In this document: in pieces, positions 49,131 through 61,930 of the stretch
Position numbering within the stretch: position 1 is the stretch's first letter
Layout: each line of letters opens with the position of its first letter
DNA from: Mobula birostris
Taxonomy: Eukaryota
Assembly: GCF_030028105.1 (NCBI RefSeq)
Contig: NC_092373.1
Coordinates: forward strand, 138,514,278 to 138,578,277
Reading direction: 5' to 3'
DNA length: 64,000 nucleotides
Notes under the pieces: model-generated
The model's database searches: none
Told to the model about the DNA's origin: nothing
What the model saw: the letters and a program-made list of their open reading frames with translations, nothing else
Made by a program: the position numbers and the translations under genes

Positions 49131-51346
49131 GCAAGGCACAACCATCATGGACCCAGTGGAGTTCGATCAATTAGGTACAGCACTGACCTGCCTAGGAGAG
49201 GCAGTTGGATGGCATGAACATTGACTCCAGGAGATACTAACATCAATGCAGAAAGACTCTGAAACTAGTCCTCGAGATTTACATTCTTCGGGGATGGACT
49301 CTGTTTCCAAGCATTTTCCTGTACGTGAGGGAGGTGAGGGAAAATCTATGACAGTCTCTAATCTCTCTCCCAGTCTGAAGAATTCCAGAGGGCATTACCT
49401 TCCCTATTTTTTTGGAGGAAGCATCGACATTCTCTTGGGGCATTGGTAGAATCTGCTTCGGCAGGGAGTTTTTCAGATCTTGGACTGACTAAGAAGATCC
49501 AAGTTCCTAAGTTATGTCTTGACTGGCCACTCTGTACTATGGCCCTGGACAGGAGATGATTGGGCCCTGGACAAATTTCTTATCTTTCCATTCCACTTAA
49601 GTTGACGATTGGTATTCCAGCTTATTTGATCTCCAGATACTCTCCTAATCCTTGGTTACATATGGTTACTTTTCTATAATGCATGTATTAATTGGTCTTC
49701 TGGCACTATTCAATCCTTTGCCAGAATAATTGTCTTTCTAAACATTCTGAGAAACCATTCAGAGGCCCCAATAGGGCAGTCCAAGCTTAAGATTCTGAGT
49801 CAGCTGCTGTGGATTATGCTGAGTCATTGGTCGTAAATCCTGAGTTGCCTTCTGACTCTTCTGAAATGGACTCTAGCACAACTGAGTTGTCTATAGTGCC
49901 TCCAGAATATTTGGACTTGCTGTAGATACTTAGCAAGAAGTGAGCCACAATGCTTCCTCCACATAGGGACTGCAATTGCACTATTGACTTGTCCTCCCCT
50001 GGGAGGGCTCTATGCCTTGTATGCTTTGGAGAGACAAGCCACAGAGACAACCTTATCCGGATTTGAGAGGGAGATGAATGGAAGACGGCCTTCAATACTC
50101 CCACTGGACATTATGAGTTCCTTGTGATACCATTCAGCTTAGTGAACACTCCAGTGGTCTTTCAAAATTTTATTAATGATGTATTCCAGAAATCCTCAAT
50201 TGCTTTGTGTTTGTTTATTTGGATGATATTCTTACTTCTTCTCAATCATTTCAGGATCATGTCCAGCATGTACATGGTGTTCTTTAACGACCATTGGAGA
50301 ATCAACTTTTTGTAAATCTCGAGAGGAACAAGTTCTATGTCCCCTAAGTTTCTGTCCTTGGATTTGTCATCTCCAATGGGGATTTGCAGATGGACCCTGA
50401 GAAGAACCAAGCAAAACAGAATTGGCCACAACCTACGTCCATTAAACAGCTCCAGCATTTTTTAGGGTTTACTGATTTCTATTGTCACTTCATTGGCAAC
50501 TTCAGTTCTATTGCAGCTCCACCTACCATCCTCACTAAAAGGTCTGCAGGGCCTCTCCATTGGACTTCAGAGACAGAATCCGCTTTCTGTGACCTTAAAA
50601 ATGGATTTACCACAGCAACTATACTTGTTCTTTCTGACCCAGACCTACCTTTAGTAGTGAAGATTGATGCCTCAGACATTGGAGTAGCAGATGTGCTTTC
50701 TCAATGAACCACCTCTGACCAGAAGTTACACCCATGTGCCTTCTTTTCCAAATGTCTCTGTCCTGCTGAAATTAACAATGACATTGGCAACAGGGAGTTG
50801 CTTGCTGGCAAGATGGCGAGTGAAGAATGAAGACATTGGTTGGAGGAAGCAAAACATCACATTGTGGTTTAGACTGATCATAAAAACTTAGCTTATGTTC
50901 AAGACACAAAGAGGCTGAACTCCTGGCAGCACGTTGGTCATCATTTTTCAATTAGTTTAATTTTATTATAACTTACAGATCTGGTTCCAAGAATCAGAAA
51001 TCGGATGCTCTCTTTGGGTAATTTGATACATCGGACAAGGAAGAAATTCCAGAGACTATTCTTTGCAGTTCAAGGCTGGTAGCTGCCATTAGATCGGAGA
51101 TTGATTCTACTGTGTAAAAGTGCCAGGAGGCTGATCCAGGCTATGGGCTCCCCAGCCGTATCTTCATCCTGGAGGTGGTTCGCTCCAAGGTACTGAATTG
51201 AGGACATGCCTCTAACATGGCCGGGTGCCTGGGAGCTTCACATAGATTAGAGTTCATTAGGAGGCAGTCTGGTGGCCAGGCATAACCATGGATGTCAAAG
51301 ATTGTTTCAGTGTGTGATGTGAGTGTCCGAAATAAGGAACCTAGAA

Positions 51347-51582
51347 AGTTGTGTATTTACTATTTCAGTAATAGTTTAAATATATTGTTTGATTATGTAT
51401 TCTTGATCATTTAAATAATTCATTACGTGTTATATGTAAAAATACATGAATTGCATATGTCATGATGCTACGTGATATGTGTGTGCCTCGCTTAAAGTAA
51501 AGAACCAACTGAGACTCACAACTCTTGGCTCTTTCATTTTCCTTTGAATTAGTCTAATGTTTGGGAGTTACAAAACATAACA
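51347..51582 (+). mobile_element. Nested solo LTR of an unrelated family
   Basis: AT-rich 236-bp block with termini (a)gttgtgt...acataaca, flanked by tagaa/tagat; integrase-like reading resumes after it (NKEPR|SLPQDLLQTLPIP). Confidence 0.65.
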
Positions 51583-52650
51583 TAGATCACTACCACAAGA
51601 TCTCTTACAAACTTTACCTATTCCCATTTGATCCAGATCTCATGTTTCGGCGAACTTTATCACTGGTCTTCCTCCATCCAAAAGGAATACTGTTATGGAA
51701 TACTGGTTGTGGTGGACCAATTCTCAAAGGTCTGCCACTTTGTCATTCTTACTAAACTTCACACAGTTTTGGAGATGGCTGATCTAATTTTATGAAATTC
51801 CTTCCGGATACAAGGCTTTCTCTGGGATATCGTCTCGGACCATGGTCCACAAATCATGTCTAAGTTCTGTAAGGCCTCCTGTCAGCTATTTGAGCTACTG
51901 TTAGTCTATCCTCTGAGACCCATCCACAAGCTAATGGACAGACAAAGAAAGTGATCCAGGAATTGGAAAGATCCCTAAGGTATTTGGCTTCAGGAAATCC
52001 AACTATATGGAGTTCAAACATAATAATTGTTTACACTCATCCATTATGTTGTCACCCTCTACTCCCGGAGCAAGAGTCCAAGGCGGGTATCCCTGCAGCC
52101 GATGAGTTGGTTAAGAGGTACAAGTGGACATGGTCAAAAGCCAGATCAATGTTAATGGCCAGCTCCCAACAGCAGCAGCATCAGCTGACCAGGCCCTTCA
52201 TTCTATCCCAGCCAGCGGGTTTGGTTTTCCACTCAAGACCTTCCTGTGCAGGTGAAATCTCTGAAACAAGTTCCTACATACATCAGTAAAGTTGCACTGA
52301 GAATCAATCCAGTGTAATACTGCCTACAATCACCACAAACTCTGTGTATTCATCCTAACTTTCAAGTTTCCCGCCGCTAACCCCGACTTTCTAGCCGCTG
52401 TTTCCAAGTCACCGCCACCTCCCCATTTTGTTGATGGTTAACAAGTATACACAATTCAGCAACTGGCAGACTTTCATTTCGTTTGTATTTAAGTACAGCA
52501 CCTCATGAACTGGGAGAGGCATGGCCTGGAGGAGAGATGCTGGACTCCCTCCTATGACATTTTGGACCTGCAATTAATTATGGACTCTCATTGCAGATAT
52601 CCAGATCATCCTGGGCCACCAGGTGCTGGTGGTAGGAATGTGTGGGCTCA

Positions 52651-52995
52651 TGTCGTGAAAGCTTTGGACCAGCACGAGGTGTCAGAGTGTCAGGCCTCCA
52701 ACGCACCTGAACATCATTGATTTATTGATTTGATTTTAGTTGTTAAGTTTTCCTTCTGTTTTCTCATGCTGCTTGTTTCTTGAGTGTGGGTTCCTCCTGT
52801 AATCTGTTTTTAGTTTATGGAATTTTAATTTTGATATGAACATGATATGTGCACTATTTAAGTTTGTCACTGAATCTTTGAGTCCTGAATTTAGGTTCCG
52901 GTTGAACTAATGTTCTGTGTACAGTCGTACTCTCAAGTAAGTAGGCTCTGAATCATTTGTTATTCGTCTGTTATGTTCTTTAAGTTCGTCATTAC
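52651..52995 (+). repeat. 3' LTR of the Gypsy element (internally deleted)
   Basis: Shares blocks with the 5' LTR (gagtgtcaggcctc, ccaacgcacct, tgcactatttaagtttgtca, tcatttgttattcgtctgtta). Confidence 0.82.
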
Positions 52996-52996
52996 T

Positions 52997-53450
52997 TTCT
53001 CAAATCAAGTTTAATTGTCATAGATGGGTTCAGCTGAATGAGACAACATTCCTCTGGGGCCAAGGTGCAAAGCAATACACACACATTCAAGTAACAAGAA
53101 AGGGAAAAAGAGGACATAGTCATGTAAGAAAACAAATTTTAGACCTAGTTCCTGAGCGATAAGTCCCACAAACCGATGTTTCCCAGCTGTCCAGCCTATA
53201 ATTCCACCAATCCACCACTGGAGGGCAGCACCAATGCGAGAGGCCATCCCTAACCGAGCCTGGATGCCACACTACAATGCAAGCCCAAGGACTGAGGCCT
53301 AGTCCTAGCCACAACCAAGGCAACACTGCTTCCTTCTTGCCTGACCTTCCACCAAACAAAGGAAGCAGGCCTATGGCAATCAATGTCCAACAGGGTCTTG
53401 CGACTGCAAAAGAAACATCCAAGATTGTCACTCACAGTTTCAATGCATGC
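52997..53450 (-). mobile_element. Non-coding retroelement with Rex1-like tail
   Basis: Minus-strand 3' end (tgtctcattcagctg...tgacaattaaacttgatttga) parallels the Rex1 tail at 13790-13910; body non-coding. Confidence 0.5.
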
Positions 53451-53559
53451 CGTCTATGCGCCAACTTTACCCTCGAGTTGTGAGTTTACTCCATTCCTGA
53501 GTTTGTTTGCATGAAGATCTCGTTACAGGCAATGCATAAATAAATACCTTCCATGATTT

Positions 53560-53870
53560 TCTTTTCTTTTCAAGGTCAAAATCTTCTTCTGATGCCCAAA
53601 ACTGTTCACAACACTCCCAGTCTTGTGCAAATACAACATATATTCTATCCACTCATATTCTAGTCATGAAGATAAAGGCCAGCATTTCATTAGCCTCTCT
53701 GATTACTTTCTGCAACTATCCATGAAACTTTATTGATCTGTGTACATGGACCTTTTCGTTTCTTTAGACTTTCATGCTCTACAGCTTTTCATCATTTATA
53801 AAGTACTCTGTTCTATCCTTTTCAGGTTCAAAGTGAATGACTGCACTATCTACACTGAAATTTTTCTGCC
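53560..53870 (-). mobile_element. Old CR1 relic
   Basis: WECCEQFWAS resembles LEYCVQFWSP; ANEMLAFI-like segment. Confidence 0.45.
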
Positions 53871-54482
53871 TTGAGGATAGGTTCCATCCTGAAATTGGCA
53901 CCAATTTCACTGTTCCTAAGGGAGATTATCCACTGGCTTAAAATAAAGTGTCTGCATTGGCAAAGTTTAGGTTGAAGGCCTTAAACCCTCTGTGACTTTA
54001 TATCTTTACAGCTGGATAAAATACACCAAGTAGGCAGTGATTAAGTAAGCTAAAGCCAGTATTAACCTTGGTTTTCTTTTATTTTGACAGGAAAGTAGAG
54101 TTTCATGGCATTTAAAACATAAATTTACACCATTGTGCAATTTTACACCTTTGCTTGTTCAATCAATGGGACTTCTTTGTGAAGGAACATTGGAAATAAT
54201 GAATGTAACCTTACTTCAGGTGAAGCTTGTTATCATGGCCTGCATTTTAGTCATATCTGGCATGCTATAGTATTTCTCTGTGTGACACCACCTGAACAGA
54301 ATGAAAACACCACTGGCACCAGCCGCAAGGCATAAATATCAGCCAGTTGTCACTGTGTAAATGGCCAGACTGTTTCACTTTAATGAATCAATGCTCATTG
54401 AATTCTATCCCAAAATGCATTTATTTTGAACTGCAAAGGCAAAGGAGCACTGATACTGTGTATTGTTAGCCCAGGTGATATT

Positions 54483-55013
54483 TGCTCAGTGGCCACTTTA
54501 TTTGGTACACCTGCTTGTTAATGCTAATACCTAATTAGCTGCCAATCATGAGCCTGCAGCTCTATGTATAAAGGATGCAGACATGGTCAAGAAGTTCAGC
54601 TGTTGTTCAGACCGAACTTCAGAATGGGGAAAAAATGTGATCTAAGTGACTTTGGCCGTGGAATGTTTGTTGGTGGCAGATGGGGTGGTTTGAGTATTTC
54701 AGAAGCTGCTGATCTCTAGGGATTTACACACACAACAGTCCCTGAAGGTGCAAAAACAAACAGAAAAATCCAGTGAGCAGCAGCAGTTCTGTGGGCAAAA
54801 ATGAGTCATTAAGAGAGAGGTCAGAGGAGAATAGCCAGAGTGGTTCAAGCTGGCAGGAAAGTGACAGTAACTCAGATAGCCACATGTTTCCACAGTAGTT
54901 TGTAGAAGAACATCTCTGAATGCAAAACATGTCAAGCCTTGAAGTGGATGGGCTATAATAGCAGAATACCACACACACAAACGGTAAGTACCTAATAAAA
55001 TGGCCATTGAGTG
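54483..55013 (+). mobile_element. Tc1/mariner internal-deletion derivative
   Basis: ~26-bp TIRs (ctcagtggccactttatttggtac / gtacctaataaaatggccattgagtg) followed by TA; transposase N-terminus from ATG 54624: MGKKCDLSDFGRGMFVGGRWGGLSISEAADL*GF. Confidence 0.87.
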
Positions 55014-55045
55014 TATCTCAGAAAGCGTTGATAATAATACATATT

Positions 55046-55816
55046 ACCATAAGACCATAATACAAAGGAGCAGAAGTCAGCCATTCGGCCCATCGAGTCT
55101 GCTCTGCCATTTTATCATGAGCTGATCCATTCTCCCATTTAGTCCCACTCCCCCGCCTTCTCACCATAACCTTTGATGCCCTGGCTACTCAGATACCTAT
55201 CAATCTCTGCCTTAAATACTCCCAATGACTTGGCCTCCACTGCTGCCCGTGGCAACAAATTCCATAGATTCACCACCCTCTGACTAAAAAAATTTCTTCG
55301 TATTTCTGTTCTGAATGGGCGCCCTTCAATCCTTAAGTCATGCCCTCTCGTACTAGACTACCCCGTCATGGGAAACAACTTTGCCACATCCACTCTGTCC
55401 ATGCCTTTCAACATTGGAAATGTTTCTATGAGGTCTCCCCTCATTCTTCTAACCTCCAAGGAATACAGTCCAAGAGCGGACAAATGTTCCTCATATGTTA
55501 ACCCTCTCATTCCCGGAATCATTCTAGTGAATCTTCTTTGTACCGTCTCCAATGTCAGCACATCCTTTCTTAAATAAGGAGAACAAAACTGCCCACAGTA
55601 CTCCAAGTGAGGTCTCACCAGCGCCTTATAGAGCCTCAACATCACATCCCTGCTCCTATACTCTATTCCTCTAGAAATGAATGTCAACATTGCATTCGCC
55701 TTCTTCACTACTGACTCAACCTGGAGGTTAACTTTAAGGGTATCCTGTACGAGGACTCTCAAGTCCCGTTGCATCTGCAAACTTTGAATTCTTTCCCCAT
55801 TTAAATAATAGTCTGC
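55046..55816 (-). mobile_element. Relatively young 5'-truncated CR1 LINE
   Basis: ORF 55358-55780 (LYKALVRPHLEYC, LGLYSLE-RRMRGDLIETF); (TTATGGTC)-type tail. Confidence 0.93.
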
Positions 55817-56039
55817 AAACTAACATGGATGAATAACATTACTAACATGGATGAAGTGCATTTTCTAGGCTATAGTCAATAGTCCGCATGAAATATGCCC
55901 AAGCGTGAAAGATTTGACTCCCTATCTGAAATTAGCCATTGGACCTCAGCAGCATGTTGCCAGTGGGTTGTGAATTCTTTCTAAGTTCTAAAATGGATGC
56001 AAAATTTCTGTGATACCTGTTTGAAAAAGAAAGTGGGTG

Positions 56040-56235
56040 TTACCCCAATGCTCCATCCGATATTTATTCCTCAGTCAAAGCTTCTAATAAAAAATATTAC
56101 CATGTCATTGTTCCACTGCTCTTTGTACAAACTTGATGCATGCATCTAGGTTGCTATGTTTCCTACAGCATAGCATATCATTGGTCTTTGGAATGTCCTG
56201 AAAGGGATGTGAAAATGATTATGTCTTTCTTTTTT
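56040..56235 (+). mobile_element. DeuSINE-type 3' half relic
   Basis: atatttattcctcagtcaa...gtcatt...tgtttcctaca...ctttggaatgtcctga; related to the reverse complement of 1545-1780. Confidence 0.45.
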
Positions 56236-57999
56236 TATTGGAATAAGTATCAGCAGGTAATGAACAATGCAAAACTGAGGGAAAGATCTATGTGGTAACT
56301 AATGTTATCTTTAAATAACTGAACTTAAAGTCCAATTTTGACTTAAATCATTAGCAAAAGTTTTGGCTGCAGCCGAGGCAGTAGTGGGATAAAGTACGTG
56401 AAGGTTTGGCTAGCCTTAGCCATGATGTTGAGGAAATCCTATGATTAAAATTCGGTAGGGCTTGCGGTTTTACATTGTGACTGGTGAGAAGGAGGGTCCC
56501 TAGATTTCGTAAAAGGAACCTAAGGCATTTGTGATGGAAGTTGAAAAAGTGGTGGATCATTCTAAGTTGATCATGACAGGAGTTGAAAGTGGACAGAACT
56601 TGTGTAATGGATGGAGAGTATCCGGCACTACCAACTCTCCTTATAGGGAAACCAACACAACTCAAAAACAACCATTTCCCCGATTGCAATATAATTTCAA
56701 AATTCAGATCATGGGTGAGAAATTCTTTTAGCTAACACAAAATAAAAGTCTTGTGCTGTTGAAAATCAGCTTAAATCAGGGTGCCTATATTCAAATTACT
56801 GTATAGGACCTGTTATGAAATTAATCTTCTTATTTTTCAGTTTGATTTTAATTCGCCTTAGCATTGATTTGCTTGAGTAAGGCTCCTCCAGTTTAGTGGA
56901 ACAAACTAAATTTATCTTTTCAGTCTGTTTCATTTCAAAAGTAACTGCTTAGGACTTGAGTTGTACTTTTGAAATGCTGAAATACATAGCATTAAGTTCT
57001 CCTCAAGTCAGTCAACAAAAGGCAGGAAAATGTAAGGATTGTTTAATGTTCTTCACTCCATCCACTTAGGTTAAAGCAGCAAGAAATAGGAATTCAGACA
57101 GAAGGAGTGTCAACTCCATCAGGCTTGAGTTGACCATCCCCTTCCTCACGGACAGAGGGGCAAAAAAAGAACCAAACATTGACTGAGCAGACGCAAGATA
57201 GAATTTGCCATGTCTGTTGATTAACAATGTTGCACAATGACATTTTTGTTTGATGTTGTATAACAATATGGGTGCCTTGGAAGCAGTTTGTAATTGCAAT
57301 CTTTTCTTTAGTCTTTTTGAGGTATGAAGAGAGGACCTGTCCCCTCCTTAGCAGAAGAAAAACCTTCAATAGCACAAGGAGATTTCGCAGATGGGAGAGC
57401 AAGAGGGAAGACTGGAGGAAGAGGAGAAGAAGGGGCTTCTGTTGGTACAGATGAGAAAGGTGGTTCATTGTTCCTAGCACCCTGTGGCATAAACTAGGAA
57501 GGCTTTCTTCAGGATTAGTGAGAGAGCTGAAAAACAAAAGTGATGTCCAATTGGTTTGAGCTGAGTAAAATATGAAACCTTTATTGCTGCTTCCACATCA
57601 GTTCTGCCCAATTCTGTACCTTTAAATTGTCATTCTGCACAATGGCTTAGAATGAACCTCACTTGGAGTTCCATGAGAGATTTCTCATTGCAGGATGAGT
57701 GTGGCCTTCACTGTCCAAATGTTATCCATTAACCCTTCTCTAACCCATTCCAGATCAATCTAATCAACAGTGTGATGCGCATTACTCTCTATGTTAGCTC
57801 CAACTGTCCAAATTATCAAGATTTCAACCAATATTTAGGCCTGCAATGTGAAACTGGGTTCTTTGCAGTGCTAATAGTTGTTGAATTAGGTGTTGCTTAT
57901 CAGGGAATATAGAGATGTAGTATCAAAATATTTAAGGAATTAGATCAGGGATTTCATTATAATCTGTGGAGGTGATCCAGCACAGCAGCCTGCTAGGAG

Positions 58000-60900
58000 A
58001 TCAGAATCAGGTTTATTATCACCGGCATATGACGCGAAATTTGTTAGCAGTAGTTCAATGTAATACATAATATAGAAGAGAAAAAAAAATAATAAATAAA
58101 TAAATAAATTACAGCATGCGTATATTGAATAGATTAAAAATCGTGCAAAAAACTGAAATAATATATATTTAAAAAGTGAGGTAGTGTCCAAGGGTTCAAT
58201 GTCCATTTAGGAATCAGATGGCAGAGGTGAAGAAGCTGCTCCTGAATTGCTGAGTGTGTGCCTTCAGGCTTCTGTACCTCCTACCTGATGGTAACAGTGA
58301 GAAAATGGCATGCCCTGGGTGCAGGAGGTCCTTAATAATGGACGCTGTCTTTTTGAGACACTGCTCCCTAAAGATGTGCTGGGTACCTTGTAGGCTAGTA
58401 CCCAAGATACAGCCGACTAGACTTACAACCTTTTGTAGCTTCTTTCAGTCCTGTGCAGTAGCACACCCCCTCCATACCAGACAGTGAAGCAGCCTGTCAG
58501 AATGCTCTTCACGGTATATCAATAGAGGTTTTTGAGTGTACTTTGAACTGTCCTTTGTTATTCAAATAACAAGCCATGGGTGACAAAGGACATTAAGGAC
58601 ATCCTGAACGCTAAAAAGAGCGCGTTTAGAGATGGAAATAGGGAGGAGCTGAGGGCAATACAGAGGGACCTGAAAGCCAGGATCAGGGAGGCTAAAGACA
58701 GGTACAGGAGGAAGCTTGAGTGGAAACTCCAGCAGAACAATTTGAGAGAGGTCTAGAGGGGGACGAGGACCATCACTGGGTTCCGGCAAACTAGCAACAG
58801 AGGAGCTGAAGGCAGTGTGGACACGGCCAATGAACTTAACCTGTTCTTTAACAGATTTGACATTGTGGCCCCTGCCCATCCCCCACATGAGCCATCTGCT
58901 GTTGGCCGCCAACCAACATATATTTCACTCACCCCTCCTACCCCTCCTCACAGTCTCCCACCCTGCTCTCACACGAAACCACCACGGTGGGCTTCACAGC
59001 TGAACAGGTGAGAAGACAGCTGAAACGTCTCAACCCAAGCATGGCTGGCTGCAGGACCAGATGGTGTCAGTACCAGGGTGCTCAAAGCCTGTGTCCCTCA
59101 GCTATGTGGAGTACTTTGCCATGTATTCAACCTGAGCCTGAGGCTCCGGAGGGTTCCTGTACTGTGGAAGATGTCCTGCCTCGTCCCTGTGCCGAGGACA
59201 CCGCGCCCCAGCGGCCTCAATGACTACAGACCGGTGGCATTGACCTCCCACATCATGAAGACCCTGGAGAGACTTGTTCTGGAGCTGCTCCGGCCTCTGG
59301 TCAGGCCACACTTAGATCCCCTCCAGTTCGCCTACCAACCCCGACTAGGAGTTGAGAATGCCATCGTCTACCTGCTGAACCGTGTCTACGCCTACCTAGA
59401 CAAGCCAGCGAGCACTGTGAGGGTCATGTTTTTTGACTTCTCCAGTGCGTTCAACACCATCCGCCCTGCTCTGCTGGGGGAGAAGCTGACAGCGATGCAG
59501 GTGGATGCTTCCCTGGTATTATGGATTCTTGATTACCTGACTGGCAGACCACAGTACATGTGCTTGCAACAGTGTGTGTCTGACAGAGTGATCAGCAGCA
59601 CTGGGGCTCCACAGGGGACTGTCTTGTCTCCCTTTCACTTCACCATTTACACATCGGACTTCAACTACTGCACAGAGTCTTGTCATCTTCAGAAGTTTTC
59701 GGATGACTCTGCCGTAGTTGGATGCATCAGCAAGGGATATGAATCTGAGTACAGGGCTGTGGTAGGAAACTTTGTCACATGGTGTGAGCAGAATTATCTG
59801 CAGCTTAATGTGAAAAAGACGAAGGAGCTGGTGGTAGACCTGAGGAGAGCTAAGGCACCAGTGACCCCTGTTTCCATCCAGGGGTTCAGTGTGGACATAG
59901 TGGAGGATTACAAATACCTGGGGATATGAATTGACAATAAACTGGACTGTCAAAGAACACTGAGGCTGTCTACAAGAAGGGTCAGAGCTCTCTCTATTTC
60001 CTGAGGAGATTGAGGTCCTTTAACATCTGCCAGACGATGCTGAGGATGTTCTACGAGTCTTTGGTGGCCAGTGCTATCATGTTCGCTGTTGTGTGCTGGG
60101 GCAGCAGGCTGAGGGTAGCAGACACCAACAGCATCAACAAACTCATGCGTAAGGCCAGTGATGTTGTGGGGATGGAACTGGACTCTCTCATAGTGGTGTC
60201 TGAAAAGAGGATGCTGTCTAAGTTGCATGCCATCTTGGTCAATGTCTCCCATCCACTACATAATGTACTGGGTGGGCACAGGAGTACATTCAGCCAGAGA
60301 CTCATTCCTCCACGATGCAGCACAGAGCCTCATAGGAAGTCATTCCTGCCTGTAGCCATCAAACTTTACAACTCCTCCCTTGGAGGGTCAGACACCCTGA
60401 GCCAATAGGCTGGTCCTGGACTTATTTCATAATTTACTGGCATAATTTACATATTACTATTTAACTATTTACGGTTCTATTACTATTTATTATTTATGGT
60501 GCAGTAATGAAAACCAAGTTCCCCCGGGATCAATAAAGTATGACTATGACTATTTGTTGACATACCAAATCTCTTTAAACTCCTAATTAAGTATAGCTGC
60601 TGTCTTGCCTTCTTTATAACTACATTGATATGTTCGGACCAGGTTAGATCCTCCGAGATCTTGACACCCAGGAACTTGAAACTGCTCACTCTCTCTACTT
60701 CTGATCCCTCTATGAGGATTGGTATATGTTCCTTTGTCTTACCCTTCCTGAAATCCACAATCAGCTCTTTTGTCTTACTGACGTTGAGTGCCAGGTTGTT
60801 GCTGCGGCACCATTGCACTTATTGGCATATCTCACTCCTGTACACCCTCTCGTCTCCACCTGAGCTTCTACCAACAATGGTTGTATCATCAGCAAATTTA

Positions 60901-61648
60901 CAGATGGTATTTGAGCTATGCCTAGCCACACAGTCATGTGTATACAGACAGTAGAGCAGTGGGCTAAGCACACGCTCCTGAGGTGTGCCAGTTTTGATTA
61001 TCAGTGAGGAGGATATGTTATCACCAATCCGCACAGATTGTGGTCTTCCAGTTAGGAAGTTGAGGATCCAATTACAGAGGGAGGTACAGAGGCTCAGGTT
61101 CTGCATCTTCTCAGTCAGTTTTGTGGGAATGATGGTATTAAATGCTGAGCTATAGTCAATGTGTTGTCCAGGTGGTCTAAAACCATGTGGAGAGCTATTG
61201 AGACTGTGTCTGCCGTTAACCTATTGTGGCAATAGGCAAATTGCAATGGGTCCAGGTCCTTGCTGAGGCAGGAGTTCAGTCTAGTCATGACCAGTCTCTC
61301 AAAGCATTTCATCACTGTAGATGTGAGTGCTACCAGGCGATAGTCATTAAGGCAGCTCAAATTATTCTTCTAAGGCACTGGTACAATTGTTGCCTTTTGA
61401 GGCAAGTGGGAACTTCTCTCCGTAGCAGTGAGAGGTTGAAAATGTTCTTGAATACTCCCACTAGTTGGTTGGCACATGTTTTCAGAGCCTTACCAGGTAC
61501 TCCATCAGGACCTTCTGCCTTGCGAAGGGGTTCACTCTCTTTAAAGATAGTCTAACATTGGCCTCTGAGACAGAGATCACAGGGTCATCAGGTGCAGCAG
61601 GGATCTTCACAGCTGTAGTTGTGTTCTCCCTTTCAAAGCAGGCATAGA
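58000..61648 (-). mobile_element. Rex1-type LINE split by a nested Rex1 insertion
   Basis: 3' part at 58000-58540 and RT part at 60553-61648 ([31 protein letters not shown]); rejoined flanks gagtgta|tttgttgac match the uninterrupted copy at ~18893-18910. Confidence 0.92.
58541..60552 (+). mobile_element. Young Rex1/Babar-type LINE, 5'-truncated, nested antisense
   Basis: ORF 59078-59929 (283 aa RT: DYRPVALTS, FFDFSSAFNTI, GAPQGTVLSP, KFSDD) and 60010-60408; (ATGACT)n tail. Confidence 0.95.
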
Positions 61649-61779
61649 ATTTTGTTCTATATTCAGGCTCTCTAGGCTGTGATTTGTTGTATTACGGATT
61701 ACAGTGTGAAGATACTTTGCTTTTCACTGGATACTATGAAATATCAGGCTTCATTTGAAAAGAATTACCTTATTAGGGA

Positions 61780-61930
61780 TCAGCTGGAGGGACTCAGCGG
61801 ATCAGGCAGCATCTATGGAAAGAAACGGAGAGCTGGCATTTTCTTCCATAGGTGCTGTCTGACCTGCTGAGTTCTTTTAGATTTTTGTATGTTGCCTCAG
61901 ATTCAAGCATCTGCAGTCTCATGTGTTTCT
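61780..61930. mobile_element. Fold-back PLE-derived mini-element lacking the hammerhead
   Basis: actcagcggatcaggcagcatctatggaa pairs with ttccataggtgctgtctgacctgctgagt; tail agcatctgcagtctc. Confidence 0.72.

Larger units (their letters stand above)
48655..52995 (+). mobile_element. Decayed sushi-like Ty3/Gypsy LTR retrotransposon (chromovirus)
   Basis: Two LTRs; MDP start at 49147; RT ([28 protein letters not shown]); RNase H (LQHFLGFTDFY, VKIDASDIGV, DHKNL); integrase relic (HPQANGQT); chromodomain relic (NWERHGLEERCWTP-YDILD). Confidence 0.92.

Noticed and set aside
57094-57537. 147-aa minus-strand ORF and overlapping short ORFs
   Set aside because: Driven by a purine/pyrimidine-biased low-complexity tract; no domain or codon signal.
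59078-59929. 283-aa RT ORF as a functional gene, retron or other RT-based system
   Set aside because: Part of a 5'-truncated Rex1 LINE with an upstream frameshift, an in-frame stop at 59927-59929 and a LINE tail; no accessory genes.
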